In this document: piece after piece, positions 40,084 to 56,057 of the stretch
Layout of the letters: each line of letters starts with the position of its first letter
How positions within the stretch are numbered: position 1 is the stretch's first letter
NCBI RefSeq assembly: GCF_009914755.1
Contig: NC_060928.1
Reading direction: 5' to 3' (one strand)
Source: the human T2T-CHM13v2.0 reference genome, Homo sapiens
Length of the DNA stretch: 64,000 nt
Translations under genes and position numbers: made by a program
Notes under the pieces: model-generated
The model's database searches: none
What the model saw: only the letters and a program-made list of their open reading frames with translations
What the model was told of the DNA's origin: nothing

Positions 40084-40790
40084 TGTTAGTTTTCTATTGC
40101 TGCTGTAACTTATTACTACAAACTGTGTGTCTTAAAATAACACAAATTTATTCTCTTATAGTTCTGGAGGTCAGAAGTCTGAAATGATTCTTATGGGGCT
40201 AAAAACAAGGTATTGTCCAGGCTAGTTCCTTATGAAGGCTGTAGGGGAGAATCTGTCTCCCTGCTTTTTCCAGCTTCCAGAGGCCACCTACACATTCCTT
40301 GGGTTGTTGCCCTGCATCATATCATCTTTCCTCCCCTCTGCTTCTATTAACACGTCATCATTTTTCCCCTTTACCTTCTTATAAAGAATACTACCTGAAA
40401 CTGGGTAATTTACAAAGGAAAGAGAGTTAATTGACTCACAGTTCTGCATGGCTGAGGAGGCCTCAAAAAACTTACAATTATGGTGGAACGCGAAGGAGAA
40501 GCAAGCACCCTCTTCAAAAGGCAGCAAGAGAGAGTAAGCAAATGGAGGAACTGTGAAACACTTTAAAAACCATCAGGTCTCGTGAGAACTCACTCACTAC
40601 TATGAGAAAAGCATGGGGAAATCCACCCCCATGATCCAATCACTTCCCTCCCTCCACACGTGGAGATTATAGTGCTAGATGAGATTTGGGTAGGGATGCA
40701 GAGCCAAAGCATAACACCTTCTTAACCTATAATACTCTGATGGCCTTCATATATGTATATATATGAACCTATATATATGTTTGGCCCCGT
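40084..40790 (-). mobile_element. MLT1D/E-like LTR, antisense, interrupted by THE1D
   Basis: tctattgctgctgtaac...agttctggaggtcagaagtctgaaatg...taggggagaatctg...ccagcttccagaggcc; right boundary uncertain. Confidence 0.8.
40380..40716 (-). mobile_element. THE1D LTR lacking about 25 bp of its 3' terminus
   Basis: actgggtaattta...ttaattgactcacagttctgcatggctg...gagatttggg...gagccaaagcataaca; ccttc flanks both sides. Confidence 0.9.
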
Positions 40791-41302
40791 CTTAATTTAT
40801 CTTTCCTCTTAGTGAAACTGCTTTTGGTGGTCTGTCTTGCCATCTTTTGTCCTAATACCCACCGGGATAAAATTAGTTTTGACTCAGACTGTCAATGATT
40901 GACAGCTTTCAGCTGGGAAAACTGAAATAGGACCAAGTGATAGCTGTAGATCTTGATTACAATGTTGCTTAGCAACTTAGCTACAGGTTTCCATTCTAAG
41001 AAATGATACTAGTACATACAGACATCTTACAAAAGATATGTATGTTAGGAACTTCTAACTTACAAAGAAGCTATCATTTCAGATGTGGGAAAACAAAGTC
41101 ACCGAACCATTCTGTGAAGGTAATAGAATTAAAAGGACACATTCATGATATAAGGCTATTAAAACCCTAAAGTTGGTGTCCTCTTATTTCCTATTAGTTA
41201 TGTTCCAGTGCTTTTGAGTCCTTTATAGTCTAATATCTTGGAGAGGCAAAAAACAAAACTCATTAAGCAATGGAACAGTAAACACACAACTATTATGACA
41301 TA

Positions 41303-41839
41303 CTATTAAATACCCATATCTGTAGTTTTGCGTTCTGTGGTTTGTTACCTGCAGTCAACTGCAGTCTAAACATATTAAGTGGAAAATTCGAGAAATAAAC
41401 AAGTTGTGAATTGTAAGCTGCATGCATTTCTGAATAGCATGGTGAAATCTGCAGCCCAGCTCTGTCCTACCAGGGGTGTGAATCATCCTGTTGTCCATTA
41501 TATCCATGCTGTACGAGCTGCTCTTCTGTTACTCACTTAGCAGCAGTCTGGGTTATCAGATCAACTGTCCCTACTACTATCACAGTGATTGTGTTCCAGT
41601 TACCTCATTTTACTTAATAATAGCCCCAAAGTGCAAGAGTAGTAATGCTAGCATATTGTTATAATTGTTCTACTATTATTGTTAATCTCTTTTGTGTCTA
41701 ATTTATAAATTAACTTAGTCATAGGTACGTATGTATAGAAAAAAACCCTTTGTGTATACAGGGTTGATTACTATCTTCAGTTTCAGGCAACCACTGGAGA
41801 CATTGTGATATATCACCATTGATAAGGGGGGAACTATTA
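41303..41839 (+). mobile_element. MER44B (Tigger7-derived MITE)
   Basis: Same 5' half as MER44A plus tagccccaaagtgcaagagtagtaatgct insert; right TIR gataagggggggaacta-like. Confidence 0.85.
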
Positions 41840-42568
41840 TGTGGATTTTGAACATTTGAAAATAGGTAAAAGTATTTTAGGAGCAATTTTGTACTCCTAT
41901 ATATTTTTAACAGCTGTTTTATCATAAAAACAAATTGAATATAAAATTTAGGAAATATTAAAAATATAAATGAATTAAATAAAATTCCTGTAACCTCCTT
42001 TACCAGAGAATGCCACTGTTAATATTTTTGGCTATGGGTGTTTTGTTGTTTTGTACTTACTATCATAGCACTCAATATTATAGAAACAATCTTTAACACA
42101 GAAAACAGAATAATGTCTTACCTATATTGTTAGAAATAACTGAAAGCAAAACTTACGACAGAGAAAAATCTAAATTTCCTGCAATTATTATTATTTGGTT
42201 TTAATTATATTTGCCCTTTTAAAGGCATTGAAAACACTAACTCAAACACTCAGGTTTATGTCTCTGTTCCAAAATCTGCAGAAGCACTATTAAAATGATT
42301 AATATTTTATAATACTTTTGAGATCATAAAGCACATTCAAAAATTTACTTCACATATAATCTCAATGGCACCTGTGACATTTAAATGTTATCTGCAGAGT
42401 ACTTATCAAGGCAGAGTTGCACATACAGCCTTGCAGTTTTTGCATTGCAATAGCGCTTTACCAACACAACAGAAAAGCTTCTAATGCTAGAAATAAACTA
42501 ACTGCTCATGGTTTCAACTCTTTAATCTTATCTGAATAATATATGGATCCCATGAAGAATTTTGCTTT

Positions 42569-42893
42569 TTGTTTTTTGTGGTTTTTGTTTGTTTGTTTGA
42601 AACGGGGGTCTCATTCTGTTGCCCAGGCTGGAGGGCAGCTCATTGCAGTGGCATTATCAGAGCTCACTGCAGTCTTGAAATCCTGGGCTCAAGTGATCCA
42701 CGCGCCTCAGCTTCCTGAGTCCTAGCTAGGACTATAGGCATATGCCACTTGCCCTGCTAATTATTATTTTTATTTTAGAAATTAGGTCTTGTTATGTTGC
42801 TCAGGCTGATCTCAAACTTCTGGTCTCAAGTTATCCTCCCACCATGGACTCTCAAAGCATTATCCCAACATATGTGAGCCACCACACTTGGCA
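42569..42893 (-). mobile_element. Full-length AluJ
   Basis: gctcactgcagtcttg...ctgggctcaagtgatcc; TSD aatttt(g/a)cttt. Confidence 0.92.
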
Positions 42894-43517
42894 AATTTTA
42901 CTTTAATATGGAACACTGTGATGTTACATGTCCAGTTTTGTACCACTAGTTTGCAGCCAGTGGGTCTTACCATTTTCTCCCTCCAAGGTCATTGGAGGAC
43001 TTATATTTCACACAGCATCTTTATATACATTCAAGGATGGTAGGATTTTCTTGTTGCCAAACGAAAGCACTAGTAGTAGAGAACAAGGAAACTAAGATGA
43101 CACCTCAAGGGGAAACTGTCATTGCTCTGTTGTGAAGACCAATAACACTATCTGGTGAATAATATTGGAAGCTCTCATGGTTTGTCTAAGCATCCAACAT
43201 GAGGTGCTGCACCTAATCTCAGTGTCTCATGAGGCTGGAGAACTGCAGTTGTCTAGGTGCTGGGCACTGGTACTTTCCAGCATTCTCAAGTGTTGGCACA
43301 AAAATTCAATTTTCTTAATATTTGACCTCAAAACATGTATTCCTCTTACAAGTCCACTCTTATAGTTATGCACAAAGAGAAAGCCACATGGGGGCAAAGT
43401 CCATCTCCAAAAGCAGCGCCCAAAGGGACCCAGATTGATCCTGCCCACGTGTGCCTCTCTTCGGGATGGTAAGAGACCAGAGATCCCTCACTGCTGCCCC
43501 TGCTTTCTGTCACTTCT

Positions 43518-43820
43518 TTTTATATTATTTTATTTTTTGAGACAGAGTCTCTCTCTGTTGCCCAGTCTGGCATGCAGTGGTGCAATCTCGGCTCACTGAA
43601 ACCCTTGCCGCCTGAGTTCAAGTGATTCTCCTGCCTCAGCCTCCCGAGTAGCTGGGATTGCAGGCACCTGCCACTGCGCCTGGCTAACTTTTGTAGTTTT
43701 TTAGTAGAGACAGGGTTTCACCATCTTGGCCAGGCTGGTCTTGAACTCCTGACCTCGTGATCCACCTGCCTCAGCCTCCCAAAGTGCTTGGATTACAGGC
43801 ATGAGCCACTGCACCCGGCC
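43518..43820 (-). mobile_element. Full-length Alu, AluSg-like
   Basis: gaactcctgacctcgtgatcc; perfect 14-bp TSD tttctgtcacttct at 43504-43517 and 43821-43834. Confidence 0.98.
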
Positions 43821-44089
43821 TTTCTGTCACTTCTAATTTGCACCTAATGATGCTCCAGGCTCTCTACACATGTGTACACAAGGCCTTACATACAGTTGAA
43901 GCCAAAAAAAAAAAAAAGAAAACATTTAAATGGGTAAATGGGTTATTACAAGGGAGAGGAAAGATAAATAAGAATAGCAAAATATATGACATCAAGACAT
44001 TGTTCTCAACTGCCATGTATTTCAGCATTAAATGAATAGATAGATATTCAAATATTCATTCCTCTTGTTTGGGAAACATTTTTAAATAA

Positions 44090-44290
44090 CATTATTGCCA
44101 TTTGATGGGTGCCAACTAAACAGCAGACACTATGTTAAGAATTACCTCTAACCATCATGATAACTCTATTTGGTAGACATTATTATACATATTCAAATTT
44201 TATAGAAACCAGGCTGGAGGATTTGAGAAACTTTACATTTGAGGTGGCTCAATTAGGATTGAAACTCAGGTCTGTGGCTACAAAGCCCCA
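44090..44290 (-). mobile_element. MIR, antisense
   Basis: cagacactatgttaag, ggtagacattatta...attttataga, taggattgaaactcaggtctg. Confidence 0.6.
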
Positions 44291-44402
44291 GCAAGCCCTA
44301 ATATGTTATGGTGACTTAAACGGGTATCTATATTTTCTTCTTTTTAAAGGGAGTGAAAACTAAGAACTTTGCTAGCTAATAAAATATTATATGTTATTAT
44401 TT

Positions 44403-44541
44403 GGGATAGCATTAGGAGATATACCTAATGTAAATGACGAGTTAATGGGTGCAGCACACCAACATGGCGCATGTATACATATGTAATAAACCTCCATGTT
44501 GTGCACATGTACCCTAGAACTTGAAGTATAATTAAAAAAAA
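44403..44541 (+). mobile_element. Very short L1PA4/5-like 3' terminus
   Basis: gggatagcattaggagatatacctaatgtaaatgacgagttaatggg...gtaccctagaacttgaagtataat plus A tail; no clear TSD. Confidence 0.93.
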
Positions 44542-45272
44542 CTATGCAAAATTAGGGAATTATATCTGATTATCATTCAGAATATATCCAATTAGAAGAC
44601 ATATTTAATTTTAAATTCTACTTTAGCCAGTTGAAGAGAGACATATGTTGCAACAGTGATGACCATAGCAGCTAATTCTACTTTATATACAGTTCTTATA
44701 AAATCCAGATAATTATTTTGAATTGTGAACCACCTTATAAAATTACTAGGAAATTACCACTAATTCAATGTGAATTACTGTTTAGTGCCAAACTACAGAT
44801 GGACAACAAGTTTATTTTCTCTGTCATGCCAAAACCCACCAGTTAGGAAAATTAAAAGAAAATAAAAGCTAATCTGTGGGAAACAGGCTTTTTTTTGGCA
44901 ATTATTTTGTATTTATTAGTGGGAAAAACACTGCAGAATTAGAATTTAGGTATGTTACTGAGATTTTATGACTTCTTCAAATTTTTTTCCTGCCTGAAAT
45001 ATTGTCAATCAGTGGTCAAATGTCCTTGTCTTCTTTCACTCAAATTAAAAAGAATCAGGTCCAGAGATTGCCATAAATTCTCAAATAAGACACTCTGGTT
45101 TAGAAATAATTTCTCTTCTTTGTTCAGCATGATTAATCTAAACAATCTCCTCTATTGCTAGTCTTGGAATTTACTACATTGATATTACTTATGATAAATG
45201 TGAAAATGAGGAAAATACATATTATTTTGCTGAATACTACGTCTATAGTAATCAACTTTTTTTGATAGACAG

Positions 45273-45396
<124 letters not shown>

Positions 45397-46954
45397 TGAA
45401 AAAAAAAAAAAAACAAACAAAAAAAAAACAAAATATATATATATATATATAGTTTTTATTGTTGTGTTTGTTTGCTTGTAATGAGGAAAAGTTACTTAAG
45501 AGATGCAAACTGACTTCATAACTTAAACTTTTTCATCTCTAAACAACGCTAAGTGATAAATGTCCCCAGAACTAGAGGCTATCATAACGCTCCATAACGT
45601 TTAATGTCTTAGTGGTAGTCATGGCCTCTGAGGGGTATTAAAATAAAGAGGTAATAACACAAATCAATTATTATTACCAAAATACATACACTAGATGATC
45701 AAGACAAAGTGGCACCAACTTTATACATGAAGGACGCTATATCTTCCAAAAGGGTCATGATGTATTTTCTGGTTTTATGTGATGTGGCAGTTTACACAGA
45801 GAAATAAATAAAAAAAAAAAAACATGAAAACAAACAAACAAAAAACACCTTGTAAATTTGGCCAAAATGAAAATACACTCATATTTTATACTTGTCTTCA
45901 TGAGGGGATTACAAATCAGAATTTGCTTCTCTCTAATTTTTAAAATATTCTAGATTGTTTAAACAATCTGATTCTCTACACATGCTGGAGGATTGTTTTT
46001 ATTTCTTTTTTCCACGGTTTAGAGCATAAAATTCAAGTAGTGTGAACAACATTCTATGAGTTCTGTTAAAAGGCTTGCTGCAAATATTTACTTGGAAACA
46101 AGAGTTCCAAATCACCCTTTGTGAATACTGCTTTAAACACAGACTCTGTACAGTGCCTTCAGCATTTAATGCAGACAACTTGAAAAAAATAATAAAAAGA
46201 CAAAGCTGGATGATTTCATAATAGCAAATTAGGCAAATGTATAAGAAAATGTCTATAGGGAAGTCATTGCTTTCCCATCTCATGTAAAATCCATCATCAA
46301 TATTTCTAATGCACTTCTTATCACCTGTATGTCAATACAGATGGGTCTCATACTCTTCATTATAGTTTAATGGCCCTGTTCATGATTATGCTTAGTTTTA
46401 ACTCCACAGAATTGTTGCTGTGTTTCTAATCATGAAAGTGTTTTATTAGAGATGTAGTTTAAAGCTAAGATTTTAAAAATAATTTTTATTTTGTAAAGGA
46501 GTCATTGTCATTTATGCATAAAGCACAGTATTAAAGTTGTTAAATTATGAACAGCTTTTATGGCATTACCTTAGTGGACTGTATTTGTTATTGTTCTGTT
46601 CTAGACTACACATTTAATACATAAATAGAAAAATGCATGTAAGTTTCAAGATAAGGTGAGAAAAAGAAATGAGACATAAAAATTATATAAACAAATCAAA
46701 TAACAAATTTATTTATTTATTTATTTTTATTTACTATACTTTAAGTTCTGGGATACATGTGCAGAACGTGCAGGTTTGTTACATAGGTATACATGTGCCA
46801 TGGTGGTTTGCTGCACCCATCGACCCGTCATCTAAATTTTAAGCCGTGCATGCATTAGGTATTTGTTCTAATGCTCTCCCTTCCCTTTCCCTCAACCCCC
46901 CGGCAAGCTCTGGTGTGTGATGTTCCCCTCCCTGTGTTTATGTGTTCTTATTGT

Positions 46955-50597
<3,643 letters not shown>

Positions 50598-51308
50598 TCA
50601 CTGCCCTTAACATTTTTCCCTTCATTTCAACCTTGGAGATTCTGACAATTACGTATCTTGGGGTTGCTCTTCTCGAGGAATATCTTAGTGCTGTTCTCTG
50701 TATTTCCTGAATTTGAATGTTGGTCTGTCTTGCTAGGTTGGGGAAGTTCTCCTGGATAATATCCTGAAGTGTGTTTTGCAACTTGGTTCCATTCTCCCTG
50801 TCAACCTTCAGGTACATGAATGAATTGTATGTTTTGTTTTTTCACAGAGTCCCATATTTCTTAGAGGCTTTGTTCATTCCTTTTCATTCTTTTTCCTCTA
50901 ATGTTGTCTTCACACTTTATTTCATTAAGTGGATCTTCAGTCACTTGATATCCTTTCTTCCACTTGATCATTTCAGCTATTGATACTTGTGTATGGTTCA
51001 CGAAGTTCTCATGCTGTGTTTTTCAGCTCCATCAGGTCGTTTATGTTCTTCCCTAAACTGGTTATTCTAGTTAGCAGTTCCTGTAACTTTTTATCAAAGT
51101 TCTTAGCTTCCTTGCATTGGGTTAGAACATGCTCCTTTAGCTCAGAGGAGTTTGTTATTACCCTCCTTCTGAAGCCTACTTCTGTCAATTCATCCAACTC
51201 ATTCTCCATCCAGTTTTGTGCCCTTGCTGGAGAGGAGTTGCAATCATTTGGAGAAGAGGCATTCTGGTTTTTGGAATTTTCAGCACTTTTGTACTGGTTT
51301 TTCCTCAG
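50598..51308 (-). pseudogene. Disrupted L1 ORF1 (RNA-binding protein), C-terminal third missing
   Basis: NWMENELDELTEVGFRR, LQDIIQENFPNLARQ, KVEMKGKMLRA; expected start appears mutated (ctg agg aaa aac cag). Confidence 0.9.
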
Positions 51309-52627
51309 CTTCATGGATTTATTTACCTTTGATCTTTGATGCCAATGGCCTTTGAATGGGGTTTTTGTGTGGGTGTCCTTTTTGTTGATGTTAATATTAT
51401 TGGTTTCATTTGTTAGTGTTCCAACTGTCAGGCCCCTCTTCTGCAGGTCTGCTGGAGTTTGCTGGAGGTCCACTCCAGACCCTGTTTGCCTGGGTATCAC
51501 CAGCGGAGGCTGCAGAACAGCAAAGATTGCTGCCTGCTTCTTCCTCTGGAAGCTTCATCCCAGAAGGGCACCCACCTGATGTCAGCCAGAGCTCTCCTGT
51601 GTGATGTGTCAGTTAACCCCTTCTGGGAGGTGTCTCCCAGTCAGGAGGCATGGGGGTCAGGGGCCTGCTTGAGAAGGCAGTCTATCCCTTACCAGATATT
51701 GAGTGCCATGCTGGGAGATCCGCTGCTCTCTTCAGAACCAGAAGGCAGGATCATTTAAGTCTGCTGAAGCTGCATCCACAGCCACCCCTTCCCGCCAATC
51801 CTCTGTCCCAAGGAGGTGGCAGTTTTATCTATAAGCCCCTGACTGAGGCTGTTGCCTTTCTTTCAGAGACGCCCTGCCCGGTGAGGAGGAATCTAGAGAG
51901 GCATTCTGGCCACAGCCGCTTGGCCATGCTGCAGTGAGTTCTGCACAGTCTGAACTTCCTGGAGGCTTCCTTAACACTGTGAGGGGAAAACCGCCTTACT
52001 CAAGCTTCAGTGAGGGTGGACACCCCTCCCCCAACCAAGCTCAATGGTCCCAGGTCAGCTTCGGACTGCTTTGCTGGCAGCAAGAATTTCAAGCCAGTGG
52101 TTCTTAGCTTGCTGGGCTCCGTGGGAGTGGGACCTGCTGAGTAAGACCACTTGGCTCCCTGGCTTCAGTCCCCTTTCCAGGGGAGTGAATGATTCTGTCT
52201 CCCTGAGGTTCCAGGCACCACTAGGGTACAAAACAAACTCCTGCAGCTAGCTCAGTGTCTGCCCAAACAGCAGCCTAGTTTTGTACTTGAAACCCTGGGC
52301 CCTGGTCTTGCCACACAAGGGAATCTTCTGTTCTGCGGGTTGCAAAAACCATGGGAAAAGCGAAGTATTTGGGTTGGATAGCACAATCCCTCATGGTTTC
52401 CCCTGGCTAGCAGACGGAGGTCCCCAGCCCCTTGCACTTCCCTGGTGAGGTTACACCCCACCCTTTTTCTGCTCTCTCTCCGTGGGCTGCACCCACTGTC
52501 TAATGAGTACCAATGAGATGAACTGGGTACCTCAGTTGGAAATGCAGAAACCACCTGTCTTCTGTGTTGGCCTCTCTAGGAACTGCAGACCAGAGCTGTT
52601 CCTATTCGGCCATCTTGCCATCTGATC
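51309..52627 (-). promoter_or_regulatory. L1 5' UTR internal promoter relic with YY1-type motif (aagatggcc) near the 5' end
   Basis: GC-richer but CpG-decayed 5' UTR; ggccatctt at about 52608-52616; activity not demonstrable from sequence. Confidence 0.55.
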
Positions 52628-53744
52628 CAAATAACAAATTTAACTTTAACATGTCTTTCTTTTGAAAAAATTCCTCCTGTATTTTGGTTAATTAATATAT
52701 CCTGAACAAAATAATATTGATATTAACAATAATAAAAAATAAAATAGCTTTTGATTTAATGCCAAATTGGAGGATCCAATATTTAATTTGCACTACTTAA
52801 AGTTTCTAGATGACATAAGCTGTCATCATATTAAATCCTATATTTCCAAATTGAAATAACACATCTAAAATTCTGTGTAATTGTTTTTGAGAATAAAAGA
52901 AAATCAATAAACAGGTAGTTATATTACCTTCTCCATCAGTTTCAATTGTTTTGCTATCAGATTAATATGTTTCATAATATAACTAATTTTAAAGTCAGTT
53001 GTTAATTTACATTTCAGTTTGCTAAGCATTTTGGCCTTTCAAAAGATCTCCTTCTTAATGATCTATTGGGAAAAAACATAACTTCATAGACTTTATTTCC
53101 AAATGAATTAAAAATACAGATATTTTGCTTTTCTAACTTACCAAGGAAATTATATATAAAGGTTCAGAATTTCCTTGGAATCTTTTGTTAGTATCATAAT
53201 ACATAATTTTCAGTTTCCTCCATTCTTGCCAGTGTTTTGCTCTACATCTATGATATTTTTATTCATCTGTCTGTATGGTTTTATAAGCCTGGGAAATGTT
53301 TTATATTGAAGATGTATTGTTGACCATTTTCATACATTTCTTAGATAAGTGAAGGATTCACCTATAATTCATCTGGTGGTTATAATTTGTTTGTATTCTT
53401 GTTGGTTTTGTTGTTATCTTTTGTTTGTTTTATATCTGACTTTGCCAAAACTATCCTTCGGACAAGTGATATATCTAATTCAATGTCTTTATTTAAAAAA
53501 TTTTAAAAGATGATCTATAACTCTTGTTGTATCTCTAATGTCCTATAGTTCTGTGATTTATAAAATTCTGCTTCATAATTGCCTAGTTTAGTTCTATCAT
53601 AAAGTCTAGGATGTGATAGAGGATGATATTTTTACCTCATATATATTAATATAAATATATAGCATATATTATAGCATATGTCTAGACTGTTTGCCCAAGA
53701 AGAAGAAGAAATTAGAATCAAGGGTAGGGTAAGTGAAAAGAATT

Positions 53745-53900
53745 GATACTCAGACTTATGTTTGAACCCCAGATTTAGCATTTACTACTTAAATGATCAG
53801 AGGCAAATTATGTACCTGTAAGCCTCAGTTTTTTCAATTCACAAATGGAATTAATATAAAAGAAAGACTGGAAAAATTAAATACATATAAACCTAATATA
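53745..53900 (+). mobile_element. MIR fragment
   Basis: tttgaaccccag...atttact...ggcaaatta...aagcctcagttt...aaatgga. Confidence 0.6.
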
Positions 53901-54319
53901 CAACAGGGTTCAAAAACTGTTTTCCTTCATATTGGATTTCAAATCTCTTTTTTCAAGTACACAATTCAGCTAGAATACATTGCATTGATAATATAGAAAT
54001 CTGAAATAATTCTGCCATAAGAAGTTGCTTATAGGTCATTTTAATGCCTCACATTAAGTCAGTTGGATCATTTGTATGTCACCTTTGTCAATAGATTTAT
54101 TCACTAAGATTTTTTGCCTCCCTACCCCTTAATTTGCCACTTTTCTCTATTTCTGTATCCACCAGCAAAGTCCAACATCCTGTCAGCCATCAGCTGGATT
54201 ATGGAATCTCATTCAATTTCTAAAATTTTAGGCCACAGTCACAATGGGTTCACAGGATTATTTATTTATTTTTGATGATTACAAGAGGAAGATATCCTTC
54301 CAAAATTTTGAAGAATTAC

Positions 54320-54900
54320 TAAATGCTGGCTTTAAAATAATAATGATCTGTAAGGAAACCCAAACATTTACTGTGACACATGAATCAGATATGAGATTGT
54401 GATAGTAGGGAATAAATGGAGTTTTGGATGGAGTCTATGTTACAGTGAACTCAATGTGCTCATGGATTTATCCATCAGTTTTTCTCCTTATTTGAAAATT
54501 GACAGAATCCTTCCTTTGGCTAGTTGTCTCTTGAATTAAAGCATCTATTACATTGGGAAGGGCTAAGTGGAAGTTTCTAAAACTGATCTCCCCACTGCCA
54601 CCATTGCATGTTTTAAAAATGTAGAAAGCTGAAAGCAGTGCTATGTCTCTGGAGGAATGATGAAATTTAGTGCCACTATGAAAGACTTGAAAGATAAAGG
54701 ACATTGATTCATAGTAGATCTTCATTTAACTCATGTATTTGGTGTGCAAATGTGACTTGAAGAAGGACAAGGATTATCCTACACATAATCAACTGATGTT
54801 TCCAATGTTAGCTGCTGTGCCAGGTATGGTTTCATGATAAACAAACAGCACAATGCCTTTACTCCCATATGTTGCTATTGATCCAAAAGCCAATGTTGTT
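54320..54900 (+). mobile_element. ERVL-class internal relic: protease to N-terminal RT
   Basis: INGVL (ataaatggagttttg), GRAKWKFLKL, SATMKDLKDKG, FNS, AAVP.MVS, YVAID. Confidence 0.75.
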
Positions 54901-54929
54901 CAGGTAGAAGGATAAAGGTCTATAGGCTT

Positions 54930-55210
54930 CAGCAGGCAACAGAAGTAAGGCTTTTCCAGCAGTGTCTGGCTAGCTCCTGAATCACTCATTTTGGTGCATC
55001 AAGAAACTGAGATCACGAGTGCCAATGGTCTGTGATTTCTGCACTCATTCCCTGATGTCTTGAATCTGGAAGCAGCTTTCCCTGATCTTTCCTCTTTTGC
55101 CTTTTTAATGGTTTTTCTATCTTCTTATACCCTGTATTAAATCTCCTCCTACTGCTTTCTTGTAAGTTGCAGAATGGTATCTATTTTCCTGACTGAACCA
55201 TGACTAACTT
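54930..55210 (+). mobile_element. Partial ERVL-class LTR (LTR41/LTR52-like 3' end)
   Basis: ccctgtattaaatc...tggtatctattttcctgactgaaccatgacta terminal motif. Confidence 0.5.
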
Positions 55211-55229
55211 AACGCAGAGGTTTGCCCTC

Positions 55230-56057
55230 TCCAGGTTTTCTTGGTCTCCATAACTAAGACATTTATTTAGTTCAAGGCAAAGGCCTTGCAGACATTCTTG
55301 ATGTTACTCCTTTTTTCAAACCCCACATCCAATCCATTAGCAAATCCTATTAGTTCTACAAAAACATATCTCAAAGCTGTACATTTCTCTCCACCTGTAC
55401 TGCTGCCACCAGAATGCCTGGCATCATCTTCCAGGTGAACACTGAAATAGCATCCTAACTGGTTTCCCTGCTCCCACACTTAATTGCCAACAATCTGTTT
55501 TCCACTCAGTGACAAGAATAATCTTTTAAAAATAAAAGTCATGATCATTTCAAGTTCTATTCAAAATCACCCATAACTTTTCATCATCCTACTTATGGAA
55601 TATTCAAAGTCTTTACCATCAATAAGACTTTCTGTGTATCTCCACCATCATTTCCCACCATTCCTCCCATATACCCTTTTTGTTGTACTGGAATTCAGTA
55701 AGTGTTTGCCTGCCACAGGGCCTGTGCAGGTGCTTCCTTTACTGTCTCTGGTGTTATTTCCCTCAATGCCCTCATCACTTCCTCCCTCACTTAATTCAGG
55801 TCTCTGTTCAAACCTACAGAAGGAAAACTTGATGAACTACCATGACCTTCCCTTGTTACAAGTGGTTTACAAAACAAATTGATTTTAATTTTGATTGATG
55901 CATTAATTTACTCTCCTTTTTACTAGAATGATAATTCCAAGAAGGCAGAGGCTTCACCTGCTTTGATTACTGATATATCTACACCATCAAAAATAGATTA
56001 TATAATTAATATAATTTTAATACATTTATTGATGCAAAAAAGAATGAATAAATGAAT
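55230..56057 (+). mobile_element. L2a 3' portion
   Basis: ccccacatccaatccattagcaaatcct, tcctaactggtttccctgc, actagaatg...gaaggcagag, tail gaatgaataaatgaat. Confidence 0.85.

Noticed and set aside
43384-43475. CTCF-like ccacatgggggcaa plus an E-box cacgtg
   Set aside because: Mismatches at core CTCF positions; isolated motifs are not sufficient evidence
51352-52554. Several 64-100 aa ORFs in the L1 5' UTR (possible ORF0)
   Set aside because: Expected in GC-richer L1 5' UTR sequence; I cannot verify an intact ORF0 from sequence alone
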